A DNA stretch of 64,000 bases from Lama guanicoe (Eukaryota), in assembly GCA_013239625.1 (NCBI GenBank), contig MU056000.1, positions 14,784,851 to 14,848,850 on the forward strand, given 5' to 3'. The position numbers were made by a program, and so were the translations under genes. Under the pieces are notes generated by a model, which was not told the DNA's origin, did not search any database, and saw only the letters and a list, made by a program, of their open reading frames with translations. Positions 1 through 13,194 of the stretch are shown here, piece after piece (the first letter of the stretch is position 1; each line of letters opens with the position of its first letter).

Positions 1-462
1 AGCAGGCGCCACTGCCCAGTCATAACAGGGGTATCCTTGTGAGGCTTGTGGCATGTTAGAGTCTCATGTCTAATAAACTCGATGACACTGCCAAGATTGA
101 TCTTCTGAATCAGTAGCTGAGGGCTTAAACCAGTTTAGGATTGATTTACCAGGATAAATGTACCATTGGAGGAACTGATCACTCAATCACCTCGCCATCC
201 CTGAACACTCTGCATCAAATAGTCTGCAAAGAATAATGTTGCTGTTTTCGCTTTAAAAAGCTCCATGTGCATCCCTAAAATCATCACACTGCAAAATTAA
301 GCAATGAAGGCCACAGACCTTGTGAAAAATAGGGTGAGATGCCTCAGAACTGTCATTAGTGCCACATTAACAACAGAATAGCCACCTAATGAAATAACTG
401 CACAGCTTTATGCATGTTACATGGTTAAGAAATAAAAATTAAAAATCAGTATGACAATTTAC

Positions 463-515
463 CTTCAAAAGAACCAGAGATTTGCTTGTGGACGTATGTA
501 CAACACCCTCTTCTC
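463..515 (-). other. Candidate 53-nt spliced exon of an unidentified gene transcribed leftwards (probably 5' UTR)
   Basis: Minus strand reads a long polypyrimidine tract ...ccttttattcttttcctcttacacacAG|GAGAAGAGGG...CTTTTGAAG|GTAAAT. Both splice sites are canonical, the sequence is non-repetitive, and the exon contains no ATG. Confidence 0.55.
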
Positions 516-659
516 CTGTGTGTAAGAGGAAAAGAATAAAAGGTAGACAGAAAATGAGTGAGAGAAAAGGGAGCCAAAGAGAGAAAAAGAAGAGAGGACA
601 GAGTGGAGCACTGTGTCCGAGGCAGAGAGGAAAGGGCAAAATTAAAGAGAGAGGAGGGT

Positions 660-830
660 ACCAGGATAGGATGGCTGTCAGAAGGATGCAGTTTGTGGGT
701 TATCGCCAAAGGGTGGAAGGCCCCTTCTCTGAAGTCAGGCAGGTAGTTGCAACGTCAGCCGTGGACCGTGGATGAGTGCAGCTCCTCCTTGCCTGGTGTG
801 CCCCCGTGTGCAGTTTTATTTTTTGGATAA
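660..830 (-). promoter_or_regulatory. Putative promoter or first-exon region upstream of the 463-515 exon
   Basis: Local rise in GC and retained CpGs in otherwise CpG-poor DNA. TGACGTTGCAA (CRE half-site next to a C/EBP-like half-site, 747-757) and a TATA-like AAATAAAA (about 814-821) on the minus strand. Weak donor CTG|GTACCC at 661. Confidence 0.3.
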
Positions 831-1019
831 TTTTAGATGGCTCTGTTCAGCTGGATGAAGTTTTCTGTGTCCATTTCATGTTTCTCACAGATGAAATCAC
901 ACATAAGTAGGCAAAATCTGTATCATGCTCATATTGTTCCCTGATACATCAATTGTTTGGGAGAATATTGGTTTTCAAGACCAGTGTTATAGCAAAACTG
1001 ATTGGATTCCTCATAAACA

Positions 1020-1192
1020 AGGATCTTCAAGTTCTCATCACAAAAAACAAAAAGAAAATTGTAACTTTTATGGTAACAGATGGTAACTAGCCTTATTGTG
1101 GAGATCATTTTGCAGTGTATACAAATATAGAATCATTATGTGGTATGCTGGAAAATAATATAACATTATGGGTCATTTTTCCTCAGTAAAAG
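1020..1192 (+). mobile_element. L1 3' terminal fragment (L1MA/L1MB-like)
   Basis: Resembles the L1 3' end: ttctcatcacaaaaaa...gtaactagccttattgtggagatcattttgcagtgtatacaaatat... Confidence 0.7.
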
Positions 1193-3379
1193 AGGCATGG
1201 GGAGAAGAATACCGATATACGTGTACAAAACCGTCACCATTGCCAGGCAGACTGACATTCTGAATGAATATTCACTCTAGATGGCTTCTCTTGATGAGGC
1301 GAAGCCAGGAGGCCCTCAACTACAGAATCCAGGAGCACATCCCCAAACAATATTGTCCACAGAAACAGGGATGGAGAATCAGCTACTTTAAATATTAAAC
1401 AACACTCACTCCACGTTTTTTTATTCAGCTCTCATGGTGAAAAATAAAGGATGTTAAGGTGAACATATTGCACCATTTTGTTTAAAACTGGGAAGAAAAT
1501 TACATACAAAAATATTTCAATATTGAAGTCACATTATCTTTGTTTAGACCTCTCATTAATTTTTTTCTTAAACAAAGATTTCATTAATCCAAAATTATTT
1601 TCTTAGTGACTAACGCATTCGAGAAATGTTTCAACGCTCTCTGATCCAAAATAAAACATAAAATTGCTGAGACCTTTAATCTGTTAACTCAAGGATCTTA
1701 ATTTGTCAGTTAAAAATCATCTAACACTTATAACCGAAAAGGAAAGACAATAAATTGAATGTGATAGAGTGACTCATGATAACTTTAGCTGTGTTCGCCA
1801 CCATCACTAACTGTGGCCTAAGGAATCAGCAGTCAACATCGTCTCATTTCAGCACCACTAGTAACAGCCCTTCTCTTTCATCGTCGTGCCCAGTTGTCCT
1901 CCAGTAGTCTGTGAGGTTAACTACTGCCTCAGTCTGTGGAGATCATGCAAGTGTGAAGCCTGCTGTTTCAGTTAGCAATCACTTCTGAGAGGGAAAAAAA
2001 TACTGGCACTGGTTCCTGTAGTTGACACCTTGTACATTTCACTTCACTTTCAATTTTATTTGGATCTGCATGAGTTTCAAACCAGGTGAAAAAAACCATT
2101 TCATTATGGCCCAGCAGGGACACAAAATAATTTCACTGAAGCCCAGCTGGTTTGAAAAATGCAATGACAGGAAAGCACATAGGTTCCACATGTTGGCAGC
2201 TTTGGAAATCGAAACTTTTACACATCTCTGATTACATTTAAATTAGGATTTACAGTGAAGTCACAAGTGGTAACCGAATTTTAACGATCATACTGTAATC
2301 CTGGAACCATCTCAAACGTATTGCTAGCAGGACTGGTTTGCCAGTGCTTCTTCCCCTTGGCCTCACCTGGTGGGAATGAGGGCACAGGGCGGATCTCCAC
2401 TATCCACCTTTCTAAGTCTTGAACACAAGAGAGTAGACTCCATATTTGCCATATCACTTAGTTCTCCTTCAGTGTATGTCGAGAGGTTTGATGTCTACAT
2501 CCTAAACTTATGAAATGTTAATAACTGTGAGATTTGATTATGCTATTTTCTTTTAACAAGTTGTGGTTGGTGGCCTTGAAACAAATGTCCTGTTCTCTCC
2601 CTCTCTTCTTCTTTCTCCCTATCGCTTTCCAAATCAGATGAAAATTAGGGTGATGAGATTAAGTACACTTTTAAGATAAATACACGACGACTACACAGTT
2701 CTATACCATTTCTATATTAAGTTCCCATTATATTTAAAGGGCTGAATAAACTAAAGTTGATTTAATCTGAACTACCTCTCTTCTATTTGGGGAGTTAGCT
2801 GTAAACACACATTAATTTCATGACTCCTCTAACAGGCATAATTGCTAGTTAGGTTTATATTTCCCAAAATATTGGAAATTAAGATGGGGTGGTGGAAGCT
2901 AGAACTATCACTTCTTATTCACTTCATTATTCTAAATTCATAGAAATTGATCAGAAAAACTAAACCAAACATTGCAAATTCATTTTATAATATATCCTAC
3001 CACATTAAACCATGTAATACAATTAAGAACACAACCTTCCATACTTAAAAATGCCCAAATATGTACCCTATTATCTGACTATAATAAAGGTCACAGTCAG
3101 CCTGTTTATTTTTATCTCATTCATATTCACGAGCTGTTTAGGGCATTCCTGGTCTTTTCCTACCTGTCTCACACTTTCATAATCTCCAGATTCTGACATT
3201 GAACTGTTATACAGATTCTCCTTCACAATTACTTACAGCAACACATTTTCAACTGGTTTCAGGTATGCCAAATTCAAGTCTTCATTATTTTGAGTAAATC
3301 TTTTCTATAAAATTCTCAAGTGCTTTCTCACCTTTACTCCAAATCAAAGTCCCTTTTATTAATATGTTTGTCACTTCCC

Positions 3380-3640
3380 TCTTCAACATTAATTTAAGAA
3401 CTACCTATTCAGGGCCTCTGTGTGTCAAGCACAGTTTTCAGTGTTGAGCAAACAGAGATGAATATGACAAGTTCCTGTTCTCAAGAACTTTACAGATGAA
3501 TATAAACAAGTTGTATGATTATTAATACAGCTTCGGATCACAGTAGAAAATACAGTCAGTTGTCCAGTGCAAGAGAGAAAAGTGTGGAATCAAGCTTCAT
3601 ATGGAAGGTAACTCTAGCACTGAGTTGAAAAAAAGACTCT
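3380..3640 (-). mobile_element. L2 3' fragment
   Basis: Decayed antisense L2 tail: ...tgtgtcaagcacagttttcagtgttgagcaaacagagatgaatatgacaagttcctgttctcaagaactttacag. Confidence 0.5.
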
Positions 3641-5410
3641 GCCACCTTCAGGGACAACTTTCTTATCAGCAAAACTGAACTGCCTTTTACACTGGAATCT
3701 CTGAGTGACCAGTCCCTTTCTAATTAACTCATTCAGGTCCTTGCTCTTTCCAGGAAAATGTCAACACTTTAAAATTTGACATTTTAAAGGAACCAGAAAA
3801 TTTCTGACATCAAATCAAATACACATTAATTCAAATTAGCCCATGAAATGTCACAAAGATAAGTGAGAAAAAAGAATCTACTTTCCCCCTACAGCTGCAA
3901 AAAACTATTTAAAAAGGAAAAATAAATAACTGTGTGTAAGAGATCACCAGTAACCATCTTTCATTTCCTTATCATTTCCTTAAGGAGAGGATCACAGGAG
4001 ACTAATGCTGCTAGGATTTCTTCATTTATTGGTTCAGTATAATTTTTTTTTAAATTTCTGAATATAACATGCAATTACTACTTTTGATATTTGCCTATCA
4101 GAAACACACTATATCACAAAAGAAAACACATAAACAAATAAAAAAAGCTCTTTCTAAAAATAAGCCTGAATCTTGAAAGAAAAGGGTTGGAAGGTCATAA
4201 TTTTAAAACAATGAGTAGTTTTATAAATTTAGTGAATTTATCTTTATGACAAACCCCTTGTATTTTTTTTTTATTTTACTTCAGACATATGAAAATATAC
4301 TTAAAACGTAGCACCAGGACACAGATCAGGAGTGCGGAATACTTGTCTAGACCATCAGGCAATTCGTAATGTCAGTAGCAGATGGTGAAAACATGAAGTG
4401 AGGACTGTGAAAACGACCCTCTGTGAGGCTGTGTTTAACTGAAGCATTGTTGTTTTGGTGTAAGTTAGTTTCATTTTATGTTATTTTGTATACACCTGTC
4501 ATTATAAAGTTGGATGGCAGTGGTTTTTATTCATGTCTTACTTTTTTGGTACACAAGAACTATTTTGGACTATCTGAGTCACAAACTTAGCTGACATTAA
4601 ATCTGTCTAGCACCCATAGTTTTATAAGATGCCTGTTGTTTATCAGGGCATGATTACTATCCACCCTTTATATCTAGAATTAACCCAAAGTTTTCCCATT
4701 TTTTCTCACTGACTCATTTGTATTTCACTTAGTCATACTTCAATGTATTTCAGCACAGTTTTTGAAATTGCCTTAATGCGAGACAGGAAAGTTTTCTACT
4801 ACTTTGGGAAAGTTGGGTGATAAGAAAAAAAATATATAGTGTTTTTCCTCTTAATATGAAATGTGACATGCTAAAATATCATGAACAAATGAAAAGGAGT
4901 TAACATCAGTCATAACTAACCTAATGTACAATAAGCACAATTGGTGACCACCTGAAAAGATACAGGAAGTTATATTAGTAAGAAATGAGACTCTTTTGTC
5001 CTCCCTAAATGTATCTCACAATAGACATAAGGGCCCGTCATAGCAGGGGCCATACCAATTTCTGCCAGAATACTATTTCACAGATAGGTCACTTGGCCAT
5101 GATACATCTTCTATGTTGGAGATCCACTGATGTAAGACAATGAAATTCAACAAAGATAAGACTGGTAGACAGGCCAAGCGCCTGAAGTCCCCAGACAATG
5201 AAAGATCTTTCATAATGTAGAAATAAGGTAGAATTCCATAATGTATTTCAAAACGAATTGCACATGTAGATAGAGCACATCACAGAATGTAGCTTGGTTC
5301 GAAGATCACAGCTATTCACCTTGGTTAAAGCTGCTACTCATACATTTACTGAACAAAGTAACACATTCACTATTTTAAGTACATAATCACTCAATTTAAA
5401 AGATAGCATA

Positions 5411-5573
5411 GAGAGGGAGGGGTACAGCTCAGTGGTAGAACGCAGGCTTAGCATACACAAGGTCCTGAGTTCAATCCCCAGTGCCTCCATTAAATAAATA
5501 AATAAATAAACCTAATTACCTCTCCCCCAAAATGAGTAAAAAAAAAAATATATATATATATATATTTTAATTA
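5411..5573 (+). mobile_element. tRNA-derived SINE, Camelidae vic-1 type
   Basis: A-box (cagctcagtggtag, about 5425-5438), B-box (gagttcaatcc, 5467-5477), (aaat)n and A/TA tail. TSD aaaagatagcata (5398-5410) vs aaaaaatagcata (5574-5586), at a TTT|AAAA L1 endonuclease site. Confidence 0.9.
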
Positions 5574-6284
5574 AAAAAATAGCATAAAACCCTGAAAAAG
5601 AGTCAGTATCATCTAGCACAGATGATAACTCTCTGACTGTGGAACGCACGACCCTTCTGCCATTCTCCCTCCCATTACTGTTCCTCTTCTCTCTTTTCTT
5701 TCAAGAACAATCACCCTCCTTCTACTCCACTCTCTCTTCTAGACCCTCCACTCCACCCAGCAGCCCTGAGTAACTTGGGAAGGGATGATGCCCTAGAGGA
5801 GGGCTGACACTGTTATTTTACTGTCATACCTGTGCATTACATTTACCATCATGAGGGCATTGATTATAAAGTGACACTGATATCTGAGCACATGATCAAC
5901 AGTCCAGAGTCTCATCATCAACTATTACTACCTGAAGGAAATTTTGCTTTGATTTACACAGCTATTCTTATGTATGAAATTTTCTTCAGAAACAAAACTA
6001 TGGTGCAAAAGTAAGTGTCATTACTCAATCACTAGCTCTGTTCAAAATCAAACAAATGGCAGTATATTGTATCAGGTGGATTATTCAATTCAAAATAGAT
6101 ATGAACACAAGAGGAGATGTTTAGCTCCTTTCAGAGAAGATGTGTTGTAGAAATGAAAAGTTTCAAAAATTGTGGGGACATTAAGAATCACGGCTAAAAT
6201 ACTTATAGAAAATTAAGAACTATTAGTCTTTCTTAGTGTAAGTATGACCCTTCGATGACTCCATTAAAGGTACCTGAGGTGCCT

Positions 6285-6886
6285 ATTTGCATAAGCATTC
6301 CCTGGGTCCCAGCCTATACAGTCAGAGTAACCGGAGGAGGGGCCTGGGAATCTGTATTTACAGTGGTCTCTCCAGATGCTTATTTTTAAATTGAGGTATA
6401 GTTGATTTACAATGTTGTGTTAGTTTCTGGTGTACAACAGTGATTCAGTTCCACATCTCTCTCTCTCTCTATATATATATATATGTATATAATTTTTCAT
6501 TACAGGTTATTTTAGGATATTGAATACAGTTCTCTGTGCTATACATAGGACCTTGTTGTTTATTTATTTTACATATAGTAGTTTGTATCTGCTAATCCCA
6601 AACTCTTAATTTATCCCTCTCCTCCTTTCACCTTTAGTAACCATAAATTTATTTTCTATGCCTATGAGTCTGTTTCTGTTTTCTAAGTAAGTTCATTCGT
6701 ATTATTTTTTAGATTCCACATATAAGTGATATCGTATGGTGTTTGTCTTTCTCTGTCTGACTTACTTCACTTAGTATGACAATCTCCAGTTCCATCCATG
6801 TTGCTGCAAATGGCATTATTTTCTTTTTAAGGCGAATAGTATTCCCTTCTGTATGTGTATGTGTATATATATACACATATACATAC

Positions 6887-6927
<41 letters not shown>

Positions 6928-6985
6928 CTACATCCAGATGCTTCTTATCCACTCTAAACTGGGAAAGTATTTGAAGACTATGGCA
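6285..6985. mobile_element. MER5-like hAT-Charlie element split by an L1 insertion
   Basis: ggggcctgggaatctgtattt...ctccagatgct on the left resumes as ccagatgcttcttat...tttgaagactatgg to the right of the L1. Confidence 0.5.
6382..6932 (-). mobile_element. 5'-truncated L1 (3' UTR and end of ORF2) with internal microsatellites
   Basis: Antisense L1 3' end (ttgaggtatagttgatttacaatgttgtgttagtttctgg...). ORF 6709-6918 contains [26 protein letters not shown], the L1 ORF2 C-terminus. Perfect 11-bp TSD tccagatgctt at 6371-6381 and 6933-6943. Confidence 0.9.
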
Positions 6986-8789
6986 TCCTATGTAACCCAG
7001 TATCCTTTAACTCTCATCAGGCTTACTAGGTTCTGAAGTGGTGGCTTAGCACCACGGTCAGACTCTACTGGTTCCTGAGTCTAGGTCCTCCTTGGCCACA
7101 GGACACTCACAGGACTAAGCTTGCAATTTGAGGGTATCACTGGCTACATCACAAATGTTGGCAAATCTCAGCAGGGGAGGAAAAGTTCTTAAAGCCTTTC
7201 TCTGGCATTATATACAGTTTCTATTTGTTTTCCTTGATAACTTCTGTTTCAGAAGGAATGATATAAGTTGCTCTCTTGAATATATTTATAGTTTGATTAT
7301 TTAGCTAAATAAAAATACATATTTTCCACAGTAGACAAATTTCCAGAATATGTGCACGCTAGGGAAAATACATTAGTAAATACAGGAATGGTAGTTTTAT
7401 TTCTATTTCAGTTTCAAAGGGAAATACTGATTTATCTAAATAATTTTGCCCTTAAAGTGTTACCTAGAATTGTCTCTCTTTTATTAAATTTAAGACTTGT
7501 GGATATTTAGTATTTTATCGATTTTCCAGGCCAGCCTACCCTTTGTAATTCTCTCCCAGCTCGTGTTAACAAGTGGCATCTCCTCTATAGGTGGCACCTG
7601 TGAAATCTTAAAGCAACTCAGGAAATTACTCCCAGTTTTGACTGTCTTCGCTTCTCTAAATTCGATTGGATTCCCTGGTTTCTTTCCTACTCAGTTTTTC
7701 ACCCCCTTTCACTATTTCTTTTCACTGATTTCCCATATGATGGTTTGCCAGTTTTCCAATTTCATGAGGTTTCATTTTCTAAAATGCATTCTTTTTCTTA
7801 CTGCTCCTTTACTGTTTAGGGTCATGGGTCATTTTCAGTCTTGCACAGCCCAACATAAGATCCAACTCCAAAGCACTAACAGCCTGTAACGAAGATTTGC
7901 TTTAAAGGTAAAACAGAAGACAAGTGGAAAAAGAATATTATAAACTTTGTGTGTTTTTCTTTGGAGGGGAGAATAAGCTACTTTTCCTTTTGAGACCTGC
8001 TGAAACATAAGTACTTGTAAAAACAAATTATTTTCTGTAGCAGCAGATCAGTGCTAAACATGTGTTATTCTGCAAAGCAAATTTGGCAGTACTTTCCACT
8101 TTTTGACAAAGCACTTGAGCTATCGATAAATTAGCACACCATTCTTCTCACTCTAGTTCAGATGAAAAGCTTGGCAATGAAATGAAGACCTTTATTGCGT
8201 TTTGCAGTCCAGTGAGCTCACTAACAGCTGCTTAAAAATACAAAAACAAAATCTTCAGAAAAAGAGACTCTATTTCTTCTATTGAAATACAGAAATTACA
8301 CAACAGGAATACTTCCAGGGCACCGTCATTGGTTTGTAGAGTTAACATTTTCGTTAGATTTAAAAATTTTAGCTTTCTATTTAGCTTTTCTGCAAAAGAA
8401 ATATAACTGTACCGTATTGACATTTTCTCAATTATTAGTAAGATTTCAGTGGAAATGCTTTATATATTGCATAGCCTTTATGTATTGCCAGAATATTTTG
8501 AATCAAGAGGTCGAGTCTGTCTCCCCTCACATTGAATGTAATTTGACCTTGTGGTTGGTATTGACTTCTACAAAACTATATTTAAGTATTAAAAAAATTG
8601 AAGTGTTTAAGAAATGCACAAATTGAAGGTAATAAATACGTAACTCATTATAAACAGATGAGTCATGGCTTTGAATTTCATCTCATATAATAACTCTGTT
8701 TCTTGAGGTTAATTTTTTTGCACCATTGATTTTACTATGTGGTAGCCTTGACTAAATAACTTACTACCTAGTGCTTTAATGCAATTGGA

Positions 8790-9030
8790 TTTCCTTTCCT
8801 GGAGGAATTGTTTAAAATATTTCTCCAGTTATAATTACTGTCATCACACTCGTACATCCCTCTGCATCACTTGTACCTCTATCAGGCACCCATACATTAT
8901 TCTCTTGTTATAATTTATTATTCTTTGTGACTATTCTGTTCATGACATTGTTCTTTAAGTCCAGGATCATGGTTGCTCCAGGCTTAGTATATTTTTCTGC
9001 ATACAGAATTGAAGTAAGTACTCACAGATA
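8790..9030 (+). mobile_element. Probable L2 fragment
   Basis: Highly decayed L2-like 3' region, matched weakly by eye. Confidence 0.3.
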
Positions 9031-11795
9031 GGAAATTAGAGCCGAGGTTTCCTTAAATTTTAAAGAAGATGATGAGTTCTTTAAAGTGTGTGTGTGTATA
9101 TATATCATATATATAATATATTTCCCATGACTCAATCTATTTTCAAAAAATAAATAGGAATAGAATATTCAGTAAAGAATATTCTCATTGTATCACATAA
9201 AGTAAGTCTTAAAACATAATTTTGGAAAATGAGTGAGAAGAGAAATTTTAAACAGACAAAAATACTTCCTCTTCTACTTCCAAGAGAAGTATTTGTCCTA
9301 AAAAATATATATTTAAACATACCAAGTTTAAAAAGTTTATTGAATTATATTTTAATATAAAAATTTAATTTAACTTCCAATGTAATATAATTTTCTTGAA
9401 GTTGGTAAATCTTAATTGAAAAGTAGAGTAGTTAATTATAAAAGAGAGAGGAAACAGAATTTGATAGATGCTTTGAATGGATACTTCAGTTCTTAAATGC
9501 ATTTAGCATATCAAATAAATATTCATAGTCAATATGTGGACACAATTAAGAATAGACCTTATATAAAATAACTGAAAACTCTATACTGTTAAGAAATTCT
9601 TCTATTGCACTTAATTTCTTGTTTTAATCAAATTTTTTGTTAAACTACACCCATTTAAACTGTGCAATATCATAATTTATGATGAATTTATTATTGCTTT
9701 CCCTTTCCTCTGGATCTTCCATTATGCCTGTGGAAAATGGGTTTTAGCCTGCTCCAGAATTTCCTTTCCTCACTGCTAGTTCTAGGGGCTTCTAACTTGC
9801 TTAGACAGCCTCCATAATTTCATATATCAATCCTTTTTAATAAACCCTTCTATTTATCCACACGTACATATATAAAGATACAAATTGACAAATAGGTATC
9901 AACAACTTGTTAATGTGAAGTGGAGCAGTTAAAGATGCAAAACCAATCTATGATGCACCGAAAATATTAACCTGCAAAAACTTAATTCTGTGTGTATTTG
10001 TTTCTGACTCTGAACAGAAATTGAGACACGCTTTGAAAAGTATAATTGTTTGCTATTCGTATTTGGAAGACACAAAGCTACAAGTAATTCTGTCATTAAA
10101 AGAGAAGCGTCACATTGGAGTATGATATTTGCATGCCTCAGTCTCTCCACATGTATGAGGCAGCTCAAGTTATTCCAATGATATTTTCTGCTCTGTAATG
10201 TAAACTGGCTGTGAAATGAGTTGAATATTGTCACAGTTTGTGCAGGGAATTACTGATTATAAAAGGGAGGAGTAAATGGTGTTAAGATTTTATAAGATCA
10301 TAAACAAAGTCTAGATATTTAAAACATCAGGATATGGCAGGGCTGTCCTGTTCTCCAGAATATCATCCCCATGTAGACACAGTATAACCTTCACCTGGCA
10401 CCCGGCAAGGAGCCATGGGATACAGTTATTTGGAATGAATCTATGTTATACACTGAATTGATCTCCCTTTATTTTAGGAGTAGTTCATTTAATTCCATTC
10501 CTCAGGTAAAGTAGAGAAAATAAACTCATTTTTAGTATATAAAGCTTCTCGATTTTTAAATGTTTTCCTATCTTATCTCCCTTAGGTGCAGGAACCCTGG
10601 TCCAATAGCTAATTCATGGTTCTACCTCAAGTATTAAACTCTCATTAAAAAAAAAAAGACAATGAAATGACTTATTTTATACACAGAAGTTGACAGACTT
10701 CTATACCTATACTATGGAAGATACACAATTAAGTGTTTTAAAATGAGTTATTATACATTTTAGGATTCAAACTATATTCTACTGGAAGAAATTTTAAAAT
10801 ATTATATCCATGAGATTCAATAGCTTTATTTTCAGAGATTTTCTTTAATGTTACACCCAATATCTCAAAGGAAATTGAACTGATACTGCTTTCAAATATA
10901 TTTTGCACTGAAAACTAATCCACTTTGGGGAAAAAGTTATATTGGCTCTTAAATTGAATGCTTTCTTAAATCCTGGAGGCTCATTCTTTCTCCTCTCAGT
11001 GATTTGGTGGGGTAGATTGCTCCACAAACATTAAATAGGTGTTATTCTCAGGCCATTTTTCGCTTGGATTCTGTCGTTAAGAAAATGCCATTGTGCACAC
11101 CCAGCCAATGGGAAGAAACAAAAAGATAAGAATTCCCTTTAGTACAGAATGTGGTTCAACATAACTGTATTTAAAAAGTCCATTTCATCATGAGATCATG
11201 TCCAGAAAATACATATCCAGATAATTTTACCTTAAACATACAGAGAGTGTTTGTAGTATTTTAATTTCTAGTCAAGATTCTCTTCAGCAGAATATGGCTG
11301 ATGATATTACAAGTGATTTATCTAGGAAAATAGAGCCATTTGAACAAACTAATAGACTTTGACTTAGCTAATTTCCCAAGGGAATTTCTGCTCTATACTC
11401 AGTACCATCCTAAAGCTACTCCTATGAAGACTGGAAAACATACGTTAAAGTCGCTTCAAAGACTCCGGATAATCCCTACCTTTTTATGTCTGTTCTTTGA
11501 CTTTCATGGTTCCAGGCCTCATGCGTGCATTTTTCACGATTTTGAGGCCCTTATTGTCAGAAAACATCATCATTAGCTATTAGATTTTAGTGATCAATAA
11601 TCAAATTTTCATTTTGGTTTTTTGCCACAACACAAATAGCCTTGAAAATCTTCTGCTTCCATCACATCATTACTCCAACTACAAAAGCAGTTTAAATTAT
11701 CATTTTGACACAGAGAATCTGAAATATGAATAATTACCTCTCTACATAACATCAACATCACATCTCCCTTTATTGACATTTGTAATTAAATGTTT

Positions 11796-12259
11796 TTTAA
11801 AAATTTTTATTGAAGTGTTGTTGATTTACAATGTTAGTTGCAGGCATACAGCAAAGTGATTCAGTTATACATATATACTATATATATATTATTTCTTTTC
11901 TGATTCTGTTCCATTATAGGTTATTACAAGAAACTGAATATAGTTCCCTGTGCTACACAGTAGGCCCTTGTTGTTTATTTATTTTATATATAGTAATGTG
12001 AGTCTGTTAATCTCCAACTCCTAATTTATCCCCTTTCCCCTTTGGTAATCATAGTTTGTTTTCTATGTCTGTGTGTCTATTTCGATTTGTAAATAGAATT
12101 TGTATAATTTTTTTTAGATTCTACATATAAGTGATGTCATATGATATTTGTCTTTCTCTGTCTTACTTTACTCAATATTATAATCTCTAGGTCCATCCAT
12201 GTTGCTGCAAATGGCATTATTTCATTCTTTTTTATGGCTGAGTAATATTTCATTGTGCG

Positions 12260-12304
<45 letters not shown>

Positions 12305-12796
12305 ATAAATATCACATCTTCTTTATTCAATCATCTGTTGATGGACATTTAGGTTGTTTCCATGTCTTGGTAATTGTAAATAGTGCTGCTATGAAAATTG
12401 GGGTGCATGTATCTTTTCAAATGATAGTTTTCTCCAGATATATGTCCAGGAGTGGGATTGCTAGGTCATATGATAAGTCTATTTTTAGTTTTTAAAAAAC
12501 CTCCATACTGTCCTCCATAGTGGCTGCACCAATTTACATTCCCACCAACAGTGCAGGAGGATTCCTTTTCCTCCACACAGAAAAGATGGGAATAGAAGAA
12601 ACTATTTGTAGATTTTTTTAATGATGGCCATTCTGACAGGTGTGAGGTGATACCTCATTATAGTTTTGATTTGCATTTCTCTAATAATTAGTGATATTGA
12701 GAATCTATTTGTGCCTGTTGGCCATCTGGATGTCTTTTTTAGAGAAATGTCTATTAAGTATTTCTGACCATTTTTTTGATTGGCTGTTTTTACACA
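11796..12796 (-). mobile_element. 5'-truncated L1, about 1 kb, with (TG)n
   Basis: Antisense L1 3' UTR/ORF2 end (ccatgttgctgcaaatggcattatttcattc..., gacaggtgtgaggtgatacctcatt...). Degenerate TSD taattaaatgttt (11783-11795) vs taattaagtattt (12797-12809). Confidence 0.92.
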
Positions 12797-13194
12797 TAAT
12801 TAAGTATTTATGACCAGAGACTCAGAGTTCTATTTGATCTAAAAGACAATGACTTATACCAATAATTCAAAATACGTTTTAAAAATATCAGAGTTTGACA
12901 CATCTATTTTACACATCAGAACATAGTCACAGAGCATCTACTTTTTGTGTCTAAAAGCGTACATCTAGTCAGTACCCAACAGCACAGCCTCATCTCAGAT
13001 ACTGAAACACTCAGGTTTGCAATTCCTACAGGATTTTCAATATCCACTCATATCTCTGACCACAGAATACTGACATTCACTTCTCCCTCTTCTCTAGATT
13101 GCTTTGTAATTTAACCTTTATTGTCCTTGTTTTATTATTTTAAAAAATTCCCCAATGCATTATTCTGTTCTGGATCTCATCTCTAAATACCTAT

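Noticed and set aside
482..775. 97-aa Lys/Arg/Glu-rich plus-strand ORF
   Set aside because: TTG start. Its composition simply reflects the purine-rich strand of the minus-strand polypyrimidine tract.
5421..5490. tRNA-like sequence with A and B boxes
   Set aside because: It is followed by a SINE body and tail and flanked by a TSD, so it is a SINE head rather than a tRNA gene.
7497..7889. Longest ORF (130 aa, hydrophobic)
   Set aside because: TTG start, F/L/S-rich as expected from T-rich DNA, no recognisable domain and no supporting exon structure.
12199..12495. 98-aa ORF with CVCV repeats
   Set aside because: Antisense L1 plus a (TG)n microsatellite, a common spurious ORF.
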